DNA of 64,000 nt, from contig JAYWIR010000028.1 in the NCBI GenBank assembly GCA_036172245.1, positions 2,852,001-2,916,000 of the forward strand. The letters are read 5' to 3'. Positions 12,417-25,500 of the stretch are shown here, one piece after another; the stretch's first letter is position 1; each line of letters starts with the position of its first letter. Source of the stretch: Raillietiella orientalis (lineage: Eukaryota). The position numbers were made by a program, and so were the translations under genes. The notes beneath the pieces were generated by a model that worked only from the letters and a program-made list of their open reading frames with translations, was not told the DNA's origin and ran no database searches.

Positions 12417-15400
12417 CTAGCAGTTTAACTGAGTTTTCGCCAAATTTGTCTCTTTCACCAGTTCAGAAATCCTGGTATTCCTGCAAATTATTGACTTTAA
12501 AATAAGGTAGATGAGATAGACAACCTTACTGTGTGTTCAAAACATCCTTAATCTGCTCTATCTGAAAAGCAGTCAACACACAGTCCTCTATTTTGTGTGG
12601 GTGGCTTGTTTGTGATTGTTTTGCTATCTATGACAAAATAGAAAGAGGAAAATCAAATTCAAACAATCTTACTATTCTCTTATGATAATCATATTTGACT
12701 TTCAGCTGTTTCATTGCATCACTAAGATGTTGTAATTTGGTAGCATACTGCTCCAATTCACATTTCATTTCACGTTCCCTTTGGGATATAAAAGGAAGCT
12801 GCTGCTGCATTTTGTTTAACAGAACTTCTAATCTAAAGAAAAATAATAATAATAAAAAATAGTCACATGACAGCATATGGTTCTTAGCATCACTTTAAAT
12901 ATTAGATTTCAGTGATGTATTCATATTTGAAACTTGATTAAGTACTATTTGGGGCACACACTTTTCTGTCATGCTTCTCAAACTGAGTCATGTGATCATT
13001 TCTGTCATGTTACAGAATGCTACTGAAGCAATTCTAATTTAGTTAATAATTTAGTTCAGATAAGTATGCTATAAAATTTTGAATTTTTCTATATTCTCTT
13101 CTTCATAGCATTATTTATCTATGAGAACCTATAGAAAATTAGTTCTTACAATAAAAATATTCGAATTTATCTCCTATGAAACACAAAAGAACTTCATGCT
13201 TAGTAATATTACAATAAGCTTAATTTGTTTTCAATTGTTCTCATCTTTTCACAGGCCATCACAGTGTATTTCTCATAGTTTATAGCATGTGTTTCAACTT
13301 TTAAATGATGCTCAAAACATTTTCTCTATTGTTACTAATTAACCTCATGCTTCCTTGAATGCCATTGTTAAATTTCATTTACAATCATACTCTGAATTCA
13401 CCAAATGCTTTACATCAGTCTTCCTTATTAAAAGCACTGCAGCATTCAATGTCATGTACTTGTACATTATGCAAATAATCACCTAATTCGAGCAACAACC
13501 AATGTTTTCAGATCAAAATGACCAGTCCCCTATCTCACAAACAGTAACTTGTGCAAATATTGTTTTATTGATCATTATTTCTCATTCATAAATTTCTATT
13601 TGATTAGTACAAGTTAAGACTGAATGCTACTCACCGGGAGTAAAGTTTTTCCTGTCTCTCTTTAGTTTCTGTCAAACGTCTAGTCAGCTCACTTGAATTA
13701 GCATCTAATGTACTCCTTGCATGTGTTAATTCAACTAACTCCTCTTCTTGTTGTTTCTTTTGCAAACTTAAAATGCGCACATGACGTTCCAGTTCCTCAT
13801 GCACTAAGTGTTGCTTAGCTAAATACTGACTGCGCAGCACATGTGTGCAATGTAACAGTAGCTCTAAACATTCTTCTAATGAAGGGTTGGTGTTGGAAGA
13901 TGCTTCTAATCTAGGTTGACAAACAGTTCGTTGTAAAAGAGACTTCACATGAATATCCAAAGATTGGACACTCAAACACTTGTAGGGAGATACAGGGTTG
14001 GTCAGTAGCTGTGTAGAAAGTAGTGGTGGATTCTGATTTATTGGGAATACTGTTAGTGGCAACACAATAGGTTCCAAAGATGAAAGAAGAACCACAGCAG
14101 CAGGCCCAAGTAAGGCACAAGGCACCACAGCCAATCCTAATTCTTCCAGTTAATTAAAGGGATCTTGATTACATTTTTTACCTTGGATAGGTGCCACACA
14201 GGCTGAAGCAACTACCTGAGTATTCAGCAAATGTTCTACTATGCACTCTTGGTCAACAGACAGAAATGGAAGATCATCTAACAATGCATGAATACATGCC
14301 TTTCATCTTTAGTTTACCTGTTCTACTTTCCAGCATTTCCTCCAAATGACAAATCATAGTTACTGAGATAAGGTACACACTGCTAGCATCAATGCAAAAG
14401 TAACGGTAAGGTACCAGAGGATCAGCACAAAGATACAAAACATTGTTCTCTTTGTTTTTCCATCCCAAGTCCACTGTCTCATAAACATATAAAGCAGGCT
14501 CATTGTCCTGCAGGCTTTCATTAGTTAATCCAATCATTGAAATATTACCTCTTCTGAGACAGATTTGTCCCCATTAAGCAACACACAATGGTATAGGATG
14601 CCTTGAGCACAGCCAATAACCAATAATGGAGGAGTTGTTTGTAAACATAACAAACTACATGCATCTGCACCATAGTTATCTTCAGCAGGTGGATAAATAC
14701 AAAGAGGTCCTGTAACATTAATTTTCTACAGACAGAAACTGTTTTGGAGACTAAATATTTCATCCTTACTAAATTTGGACTTTCAATCCCTACTTCTGCA
14801 CAACACACATCACCATTTCCATGTAAAACAAATGTTGAACATGAATTTTTTGCAATTGAATTTTGTTCATCTGATGGGTGCAAGGGACCAAAAGCAAAAC
14901 TCACTACAGTTTCACCCAATGTGCAAAGTGTAGGCAAACGGGATAATGAGAGCATGGATTCGCTCAGTTGTACAACTTGCTCAGGAAACATCGGACTGTC
15001 AACATCATAAATCCTAATGATCAAGAAAACAATGAAAACAAGAAAGAAAAAACAAAACAATTCAAGCAGCACTCATTCATTAATATGTGACAAGCCAAAT
15101 ACTATTAGTTGATCTATCATATATCTGAAACACAAGCTACTTTACTTGCTTTAGGCAGTTGTCTGATGTCAGTAAGATCAAATGGGTATCAGAGGGAGAT
15201 ACTGGATGCCAAGCCACCTGCAGCAAATCAATATTTAAATTGCAGCTGAAGAAATGATCAGCCAATGGAAAGCATCTGCAAGATAAACAAAAATATTACA
15301 AAAAAAAGCAGGATCCCGGAAATAGATGAGATTGGGCATAAAAAACATCAACATAATTGAATACTGCTTCACTATATTTATATGCAACAGAAATGTGCTA

Positions 15401-17819
15401 CTTTTATAAAGACCAAAAATATAAACAAATTATAAGAAACAGATGATACTAATCAAAAGTCCGTAACTAATACTTTTGTGATTTACTTATGAATGCAAGA
15501 TCAAATAGTAAAAACTTGCTTTCATGCTATACATTGCAAAATTGGAATAACAATATATTACGAGCTTGAAAATAATCGCAAACTTCACCTCAATCACTCA
15601 ATGCATGAATTAATCATAAATTACGGAATTTTGCAATACATAGTTCATTCTCAGTTTCATTTCTTATATTTAATCATTTGATCTCTGTATGATACAACAC
15701 AATTTAGTCTGTATGTAATGAAAATATTAAAGGCATAATGTAGCTGAATGAATTTTTAATTCTTGTGTCACAATGACATGCAAAACTCCAGGATGTTGTC
15801 ATTATATACTTGATTCCTACATCAGTAAAATAAGATTCATCTGTATGATTTTCAATTATCTAAGTGAAAACTTGATATTTTAAGGATGTGCAATGTATCC
15901 AAACTACAAGCACAACTATAACTCATTCTAAGAATCTACTTAATCTCTTATGAAATCTTTTAAAAACATATGAGCTTCATGATTTTTTGTACTGAGGACA
16001 ACATAAGTCCTATTTCTATTTATTAATAATGCTTAATACTGCCACAGTGATTATACTGGCTAAATATATGATACACGTTTGTTTATACATAACTGGACAC
16101 TTTCTGGAAAACAGAAAAATCCTCTTTGAGAATCCGACACACTCGGACATCCATGTAATGCATACAAGAAAACTTGTTCTGTTCCAATGAAATGATTCCT
16201 TAGGACCATAATAGCTGCAATATATATCTATCAATCTCTCTCAAACTAAAACATCAATTAATTACTTTTTTTTAAAAAAGTATCTAGCAAAATAATTTAA
16301 CACTATGGATACTTGAATGTAAATGTTACTTCAAAATCGCCGTTTTTTATTTAATCCTGTTGACTAACCACACAGTTCTGCACTCTGTTCAGCATTTCAT
16401 GTTTCAAGGAAAATAATAAACCTGAATTTTCTGAAGTTCATTTCAATTCACAATGCAGAAACTTGAAAAATAAATAATTCAGTGAGACAACACAATAATT
16501 TATAATGATGATTAATGTTGGACAAATAAATTGTCCTATAAACTGAATTGTGTGAGTAGAATAGGAAATATCTAATCCTTTTGGCTGGAGCAAGTACAAA
16601 ATATGCCTACTTCCTTTGTGAAAAAGCTGCAACTGATTTGCTGATAGCTGTTGCCAACTACATGTTGTTTCTAATGTCTTCAGCATCAAAACTGTAAAAT
16701 TTGGTTCATTTGAGACTGAAGTAGTCATTTAACAATGACTGTAATCATTCAACCTTGATAGACTGATTGAGACTTATTTTTAGAAATTTACATTTGACTG
16801 GTTTACAGTGGTTTATGTAGAATGCATTACTTTATTTGTATTATCCAACAGGGGAGCCTTACGTACCCTAACTGAAATGGAATCCTGACAACTGTCATTT
16901 ATTTACATTGCAAATGTAAGAACCCTTCCTCGTGAATCACAGCATGTTATAATTCAAAAAATTAAACACCCATCCCTTTTGCATGATATAAATCGAAAGT
17001 ATGCTTCCATTATTAAAACCTTTCATTACATTTTGAATTGTCTGATTTTCCCTAACTTCATAAGTTGTTTCATTTTTCTATACAAACAGACTGTTCTTAA
17101 GATATAACATGCAATAAATTATTTTACAATAATTTAAAGTTTATGCCTATTTTACAATAAACCTGAGTTTCAACCTGAGTTATTCATTATGATACTTCAA
17201 GGGAAAAAACTTACTTCAATTTACTTCAGACACTTTGATCTGCACAAGTTTGCAGTAACAAAGTGAGTCAGTTGTGGAAAAATAAATACAGCAATAAAGA
17301 ATGATTCAGTAACAAAGTTCCACATATAACAGAACAACGTTCATACTTGCATATAATTTTTGGTTTGCCTCCTTCAAACATATCTGCTTTTCCCCATTTT
17401 CGAGGTAGTACTAAGATGAAAACACCCCGTTTGCCCATTATGCTCAAGAGAGAAGAGGACTTATTAGGGGAAATGTGAGTAATATCAAATATAGGTGGAT
17501 CAGTAGGTATTAAAATCTGTAAATATATGCAAAGAAGTAATCGGAAATTACGATTTAGACGTACCTGAAAGAGTTTTTCATCATCCTGCTTACATACTGT
17601 GTTTTTGATATTCACCGCATACAAAAATTTATTGGAATTGTTAAAAATAATCAGGATATCCGCAATTAATCGCATTAATTCCCTCGGAATAACATCATAT
17701 TTTGTATCATCCTGTGCATTCTTTAATTCCTCAATGACAGGATGTCTCAAGAATTCTTTCTCCCAAGGAGTCTTGCGTACTTGATGAGGGAATGGAGATG
17801 CTGATATCGATTCTTTCAT
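12417..17819 (-). CDS. NUP88: Nuclear pore complex protein Nup88; 11 coding exons, 693 aa
   Basis: Exons (minus strand): 17819-17565, 17516-17347, 15275-15150, 15013-14770, 14725-14549, 14507-14318, 14277-14182, 14136-13635, 12832-12673, 12627-12530, 12480-12417. Total 2082 nt, phases consistent, ending in TAG. Motifs recognised from Nup88: PPIFDITHISPN, LPRKWGKADMFEGGK, VAWHP..LILLTSDN, LGETVVSFAFGPL, GPLCIYPPAEDNYGADAC, LYVYETVDL, CIVEHLL, and a C-terminal coiled coil (LRSQYL, EREMKCELE). Confidence 0.95.
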
Positions 17820-18558
17820 GTTTAAATTGAATAAGTTAGCAACAAAGCAGAATGAGCTGATCTTTGCGTAACATGAATTTACCCACAGGTTTTAAACTCA
17901 AACCACAGACCAAATTACGATAACTCATTGCAAACCTGAAACAGCAGTTACCCATTAAATTAAATCTATCCTCATCAATAAAATTCTTAACAAAAACTGA
18001 CACAACATTTGCAATACATTTCCCTCATTATCAAGAACACTGGTTAAAAGGAATTCAATTATGGACCGCAAAGTTCTCAAATAATCAGCAAAAAAACACA
18101 AATCATAGACGCACTTTTCGGAAACAAGGAAATGCAAGAAAGAAAAAGGGTGAATAAATTATCACCAGGAGTATTAATTGTAATATGCTTACTTGAATTT
18201 TTGACCATGTTCAACTCACAATTTACCCGGAAAACAATGATTATTTTTGACATCACTTACATTCGTCAACACAACTGCCTTTATCAACACTTCCGAAAAT
18301 AGTAAAAGCCCAACTAGCAAAACGTTAACACCGTCGGTATAATATCAAATTTGCTCTATTGCGTAAAAACAACCGATAATTAAGAGATACCAAGCTGAAT
18401 AAATACAATCCTCTTAAATCTAGCACCTGGAAATTGTTTTCTTCAATAATGAATTTTATGGTTGGCTTCTCATTAAAAATTTTTTAGCAGAATGATCCTT
18501 AAATTAGCTTTAACGTGTATTATTCAGACTTCTGCATTTTAAAGCTAAAATAGTCTTC

Positions 18559-18914
18559 ACATACGGAAAAGATAGATTTGCAGCTCTCACGAAAATGTGT
18601 TCTATCGACAAGCGATGGGCGCCCGTTTCCCTATGGGCGTTTTCTGGCAAGTTGCTCACCAGGAACACGTTTCGGTCAGCATTTCGTAACCTTAGAGACT
18701 GGTCTCTAATCCTATGTCGACACTGCTTGCTGTTCCAAGTCTTTAAGCAGAGAGGACAGGAAGTGGGTTTACTTGGATCCGAGATACTGGGAAGTTAGCT
18801 GCCGCTTGCGTGCTCCTGCTTGTACGGAAAAGATTGATTTGCAACGCGCAGGAAACGTGTTTTATCGCCCGCGGTGTGCGCCCGTTTCTCCTACAATTGA
18901 TGTTTTCTGGAAGT
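18559..18914. repeat. Diverged ~90-bp direct repeat pair (about 18559-18650 and 18821-18914)
   Basis: TACGGAAAAGATAGATTTGCA...GCGCCCGTTTC versus TACGGAAAAGATTGATTTGCA...GCGCCCGTTTC. Confidence 0.7.
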
Positions 18915-19047
18915 CCCGTTTTTTTCACTCAGGCTGGTGGTATGTCTATGTCATCGCTGCCAATGGCTCTACCTCATCTTTTTGTTTCTCTATGCTGTTC
19001 CTCATCCGTTGCTCGGCTTACTGCTGATTGTCTGGAGGGGTATCCTT

Positions 19048-20360
19048 TCACAGAACGTAATCTGTGGGGGCGCTCGATTCGTCCAGTAGGTGTCCCAGTC
19101 TGTGGGCCCAGAAAATGTCTCTGCTGGACCTTATGCAGTAGGATACGGCCAGTTTTCTTATCTTGCTTGCGTTGCTTTTGTAGATTTGTAATGTTTGCAG
19201 CACGGTGCCGTTCATGGGATTCCAGGATTCTAGTGCTCCCACAATGATAACTTTCATGACAGCTGTTTTGCCTGCCTAGCTGATCTTGTGAATTACATTT
19301 TCGTACTTTTCTTCCTGTTCTTTACGTGCTTTTGCAAACACATCTAATCTGTGTTCAAACGGACAAGTCACATCCACAATGATCCATTTTTCATACTTTT
19401 CGAGTACCAGATCAGGATCTTAACGGGGAGTCAACTCCAGGGACCTGTCGGTCCGCAGCTATCAGCTTGCATCCTCCTACCGTCGTGGCAGTTGCCTGCA
19501 ATCTGAGCACGACGGCATTATGCCTAGCGAAGTACGAGAGGATGTGCCTCATATAATGATTTAGTATGTGTGGCAGCGTTTCTTCCCCAATGTTACATCT
19601 ACGGCATAAGCAATCGGCTGGCAATCTTCTTGGAGCTCCTCTAATTGGTAGGACCTTCAGTTTTGCATCATGGATAAGGTGATAATCTTCGAATCTGAGA
19701 TGGTCACCTGAAGTTGGGAAGTGACTGAAGTCTTGATGCAGTGCAACGCAACACATGGCTTTTATTTGATCTTCGTGATTTTCTATTGGAGAAAGCCACA
19801 TCTTCTCGCGGTGGATTCAACGGAGGTTGGCCGCAAACTTCTTCCTCACAGAGCTGACCAGCATCAATCCGTGTATCTTTATTTTGGGTTCATATTCTTT
19901 GAACTCCCATATCACCTCAGTGCTCCTGGAAGCTTGCCTGGCAAACGTCCATAGACTCTTCATGTCGCTGCTGCTTCTCGCAAACATCCCGTTACACTCC
20001 CCAGATAGGAATCTGCCAACCTCTTCGTCCGTGGGTGATTGGAATATTTTTCTTGACACCACTTTAAGGAGAGAACTTTTGGTGAGACTCTTTATTATAT
20101 TCTTTGGAGGGGTTAAAAGTTTGAAACAGCTATCCATGACGAAGGTATCGGCTTCATCAGGTAGCCTCATTAGTCCAAGGCAGTCTTTCTATCCGTCACC
20201 ACATATATATTCGTTTGCGGCGATTGCTCGATGGTGTAGCATTTTCTTCACTAGCCGTGTAATCTTAATATCTAGAAATTTCGAGTCAGGATTTGGATGC
20301 GTCCCTAGACTCTCAAAGTAGATGGAGCTAAGGAAAAAAATACTTCACGCGCATTCAAAT
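19048..20360 (-). mobile_element. Decayed NeSL/Utopia-type non-LTR retrotransposon, 3' part (RT thumb/linker, CCHC finger, restriction-like endonuclease)
   Basis: ANEYICG..CLG...DSCFKLLT; CRRCNIGEETLPHILNH..RHNAV; PDLVL..IIVDVTCPFE...KY; IVGALESWNP...SRDIFWAH. Contains stops and frameshifts. Confidence 0.88.
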
Positions 20361-20439
20361 TCTTCTAAGTTGACAGTTCAGATGATACAATTCTTTCCGC
20401 TTTTTTAAAGATGTCTTCTTTTGCTGGTTTATTTCCTCT

Positions 20440-21117
20440 CGTGCGTGGACACTTTTGTGCTCCTCTTTCATGGAAACAGGACGTACTTTTGTTAGTACAT
20501 TGGGACTTTTATTGCAACCAGAGCGCAAACATTGTTTTCGAGGGAGTTGCTTCTCCGAACTATAGAAGTGCAGAGCACCGGTAACGCTCCCGGATCCGCT
20601 CTTCATCTGCGGTGTCCTCCAACGACTGTGGTAGAGGCTGACTTCATCGCTTCTGAACAACGTGGGCACCGCAAAGACTTTGACTGATGTGCCGCTTCTT
20701 CTTGCAAAGCGGCCTTTCGTTTGATGTGGTGATGGCCACGATCTGTTGCATCCGCGCGATCGTCACGGCCCGCCGCCAGTTAAAGTCATGGGCGATTCTT
20801 GGAGATTCCACCGCAACCGCCTACGTCAACATGACGACGGCTTAATCTTACAGTAGGAATGATGAAGGAGATCTCCAGCATCCAATGCCAGTTCTGAAAG
20901 GAAGGAATGGCCGAATCCAAAGAACCCTGTTTCCAAATCCTCCTCATATCTTTTTTTGTATTTTTAATATATGTGTTTGTGGTCCCTCCCTCCCGTTCCG
21001 CACTTTCGGTTTTACCGACCTGCGTATCGAGGAGTTTGCGTCTTACTGTGTCCTTTGTCCGGGAACCTTGTTCCTGGATAGTTTAGCAATAAATGCAATG
21101 GCGCATCCGGGTGAGAA
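20440..21117 (+). mobile_element. Tx1/L1-clade LINE 3' remnant (E1)
   Basis: WKQDVLLLVHWD and ATICCIRAIVTA correspond to WQESALLLLHWG and AALCCVRGIVAA in other copies. T-rich 3' UTR, ending AATAAA...CCGGGTGAGAA. Confidence 0.65.
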
Positions 21118-21163
21118 TCAACTCGCCATGCGCTATTCTCCCGATCTCCCGGACACATAGAGT

Positions 21164-22530
21164 GTGAACGTGTTTTCGCTTCTCTCCGCGCTTGCGATCG
21201 AGCATCTTTGTTCCTGTGCTTTCGCTCGCACTTTTGTGTTTGTGTGGAGTCGGTCAAGCTGTGTTGTGTCAGATGGCCACTAAACAGAAGTGTGGAGGAG
21301 CAAGCCGTCGGATCCACTGCAGCTGGATTGGAAGCGGTCGCATCCTCCGTGATGGTTTTTTCGCCTTCGGTGAGGAGCTACGCCGCCGTTACCTCCCAGG
21401 GACCAGGCCCCTGCGATGCGGAGTTGCAGGCATATGTGGCATCCGGCTACATGCCCGCACTCCGTTATAAGGTCAGTGGGCCCCTTAATGGAAGAACCGG
21501 GCGTGAGCTCAACGATGAGCTCGTCCGGATCGGCGTTCGTGAGGAGGAACTCCTTGCCATCATGCCTGCAGGCAGGATAAAATATACCAAGATACGGTGC
21601 AAGAACGCAGCACTTGTACAGCGCCTTCTCCGTACTTCGTTGACCATCGTGGCAAGGAAGTCCTACCTACCGCGATGGACGACTCTTTTGTCGTCCAATT
21701 GTGCGACATCGAGCCGGAAATCTCTGACCGCGATGTCGGAAACCTGCTGGAGAAATTCGCCACCGTGCACGCTCTGTGGCGGAGACCGAATCCTCTAAAG
21801 GATTTTCCCTCTGTCCACATCGGACAAGCCTCCGCGCGGATCACCGTCGCGAACAGGCGTGTTGTGCCTAGGCAACTGCAGGTGAACGGCACGGTCGTTC
21901 ACCTGTGGTTCGGAGGTCAGGCTCACGCGTGCGAGCAGTGAGGCAAGGATGGGCACCGAATAAAAGATTGCCCCTCTCCGAGATGCGGCTATTGAAAAGA
22001 TTCCGGGCACGGAATATAAAAGTGCCCGGAACATGCAAAAAAAAGGGCCGCAGCGGAGTTTCGTCGGGTCAGAGACCGCAGCACTAAAAGCCGCAGCGCC
22101 CAAGAAAAAACGTTGTCCGCGGAATCTCGGAAAGAAGGCGAGCAATACGCGGCTAAGAAGAAGGCGTCTTCGCCCGCAACGCCCCGAAAGGGTGAAATCA
22201 CGGCGGGGAAGCCAATTAAAGAGGGACGCAAAGGCTCGATGCGTGCCGTGCATGCCCTGGCTGCCGAACTCGCAAGCACCTCTCCGAGCCAGGAACCAGG
22301 AAATATCCGGAAACCTCTGGACAGAAAGGTAGGAAAGCAGGAAGATTGCAACAGAGAGAGCACTTCCAACGCCATACTGTTCTCTCTGACGAGTTCCCGA
22401 GAGCCCCGATGCAGCGCAGGGCCCTCTGCGACGGCTACGAAAGCCGTGAAAAGCAGCGTCGCGTCGCCCAAAAGAACGCTGCATGCAGTCGCCTCATCGC
22501 CGACTCGGCATTTTCCAAAATCCACAAGGG
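21164..22530 (+). mobile_element. Tx1/L1-clade LINE 5' part: 5' UTR plus frameshifted ORF1 (gag-like, two CCHC knuckles) (E2)
   Basis: The 5' end GTGAACGTGTTTTCG and start context TGTCAGATGGCCACT match E7. RRM-like region VVQLCDIEPEISDRDVGNLLEKFATVHALW. Degenerate knuckles CEQ*GKDGHRIKDC and CGY*KDSGHGI*KC at about 21929-22027. Confidence 0.8.
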
Positions 22531-22539
22531 GTGGGGTAA

Positions 22540-25500
22540 ATTTATATTCTTTTAAATCTCATTCATTCTACAATCACATTCATAAAACATACCAACACTT
22601 TTCACTTTGAAGTCCTTGATGGAATCAGAAGTTCTGCTTTCATGGTGGGTTTCCAGATGTTTGGTACCGGACGCCGTCTTCAATGCACTTCAGGATGAAT
22701 CGGTACGTGCAGGCATGGAGTTGTCCATAGTTCCTAATGCCGATTTCCTTCTTGATGAGTCCTTGCAGGATCTCCATCGGGGGTGCGGCTCTTCTGGCTT
22801 TCCTCATCTTCCACCATCGCAGTGATGAAGAGAGCAATGGTCGTTCTCACCATGGGATTGTAACAGGGAACATTACCATCTCCCTGGAACATCCCAGCGA
22901 GGATTTCCATTACAGACTTGCTGTTGAGTCCTATGATTCTTTTCAGGATCAGCCAGTCGTGCAGCAATGTGGTACACGTCAAGACGTGGAGACTCGTATC
23001 GATGTCTCCACATGCCGTGCAGTCTTGATCTTCCCGTCTTCGCGTGAAGTGCTTGAGCCTAGACCCGCTCTGGATTCCTCCATGATAAAACATCAGGAGG
23101 TTGTCCTGGGTGTCCGGCGGAAGTCCACTCCTCCAGAGCGTCGTGCCGATCGCTAACAGGTTGATCCTCTCACTCCCGTAGCGATCGACGGCTTCTTGGA
23201 GGGCACTGGTGCCTTGGTCCTGGTCCTTGATAATCTTCCGGAGGTTTATATTGGTTACCCTAGACCACAGGAAGTCGTTGTGGTTTATCCACACTTCGCG
23301 GGTCATATGGGTGAACCTACCTAGCATCATCTCTATATAGCGAAGTATACGAGTGTGATGTAGATATCCTCCTCGTCGCCATTCCTGAATTCTTTGCAGG
23401 GTAACTCTGGGCCACTGCTAGATCCAGCTTCTCGTGTCCGGAGGGATCGGAAGCATCCACGGGATCACCAGGATTCCTCCTGCCAGAGTTCCCTGCTTCT
23501 CTGCACGATCTTAATCTTGTGCTTGTACACCAGCCGTTGCTTTCTTCTACAGGTTGAATCGATGGTGTTCCACTCCTCTGCTCGGCCTAACAGCGCAGTC
23601 ATCAGGCCTTTCGAGTTGTTCAACAACAACGCGTAGGCCCTATGTGACGCGTACGGCCAGTTATCCCAGTGAGTGGCGATATCCAGGATGTGTCGCGCAT
23701 CCATGATTTCCATGGAGTGTGCAAGCGACTTCATTCTGCAGCTGCCCTCTTCTCTGGGACGACACAGGGGTTTTAACCTAACTCTTGGGCGGTTATGCCC
23801 CCACAATGTCTTTCCTTGGGGCTTTCCCACTTCTCGGGTGGTCCCTTTATTCATCCTGGCGAAGGGCGCTTCGAAGATAACCTTTGAAAGGAGTACTCCA
23901 TTCCAGAGGTTGGCCTTTCGCTTCATGCCGATGTTCAGGCGAGTGTACTTGGTTGCTTCATTTGCCGTTTTCCCCAGGATTTGCGTCCACAGTAGCTTCG
24001 ACGCAGAGTCGTCGCCGATGTAGACTCCCAGGTACTTGTCCGTGTCCACCGTTCGGAATCCACTCCACGAGAGGGTGGAGAGATCCATTATTCCGACGGG
24101 CAAAAGCTGGCTCTTCTGGGCGTTGATCATCAGGCCCAGTCCATCTTCCATAAGCGTCATTACATCCAGGAACGCCTGCTGATCCCTCTCTTCCCTGATG
24201 AAGAAGAAGATCATCCGCGTAGGCGAGATGGGTGAGCTTCTGGTCGTCGATGTTAATTCCATATAGTCGCCCGCTCTTCTCGATGAAAGAAGACAGGGAC
24301 TCCATGTAGATAAGTAACAGCATCGGACTTAGCGAGTAGCCCTGCCGAACTCCTCGTTCCATCCGAGAGGCTGCTGTTTCTACCCCGTTGATCTTGATCC
24401 GGAAACGTTGATTCCAGAGCATTATTTCCACGAAGTTGCTGAAGTATTCCGGAAGTCCCAGCTTTTCCAAAATCTTCATCAGCATCCCGTGACCGATGGT
24501 GTCGAAGGCTTCCTCCATGTCGGTGAACACTAGCACCAGGTTCTCGCCGACGTATCGGCTAACTCCCACGGTGGCCTGCGCGCATTTGACATTGTCCGAC
24601 ATGTGGCGTCCGGGTGCCGCACATCTCTGGACAGGAGAAGTCAGCCTCGACAAAACCTTGTCTAAGCGGTTGGTCCAGATATTCGCCAACCACTTGGAAT
24701 CCGAGTTAAGGATTGAGATCGGCCTTTATTGGGCTATGCTAGATAGGTCGCCTCCTTTCGGAAACAATCTCGTCCTGCTCCCATGGAAGGACTCCGACAG
24801 TTGTTTTCGGTTGCAGAGGGTCAACTGGTGTAAAAAACGCAAATTAGTGTGCAGGTACCGCTGATAGTGACTGATGAGAACACTGTCAGGACCTGTCACC
24901 ACATCGTTGCGTAATTCCTGAAACACAGTCTTCACCTCTTCCTCTCTGGGGCAACAGGAGGCCCCGCGTCCGGCTTAAAGAGTTGTGCGCTCCACGCAGG
25001 GACGGTGGACTTGGTCTCCTGAAGTTGGAGCGCATGGGGCGCCAGCTTCAATTTAGAAAACTTGCCCTTGTGGCAAAGAACTGGCGAGCACCTTGGTGTG
25101 CTCCGGCAAGACTCCTCGCCCACAGGGCAACCGGCTGCTTCGGATTGACTACAATCCTGGTAGCCAACTACCGTAGCCTAAACCATTGTGGGTTTCAGCT
25201 ACGCGATCTGGTTGCCCTGTTGAGAGACAATCCGTGGATCTCCGGCATCCCCGCGGACTGGACTACCTGGCTACAGGAGTCCGTTTCCGCGTGCGCGAAA
25301 ATCAACGGCTCCAGAGATGAGGACTTCTCCTGCCTCCGTAGAGGCAAGTACGCTGGTCAGCCACTGCAGGAGATCGTTTGCAACCCACGGAAACTTCTAT
25401 GGGCTTCCTTCACCCCCCTTGCCCCCGTGCTGCCCTCCCTTAGGGAAGTTCGGGACAGCCAGCAGGAGGCATCGTGGGAAGTGTCCTTCCTCATCGGAGG

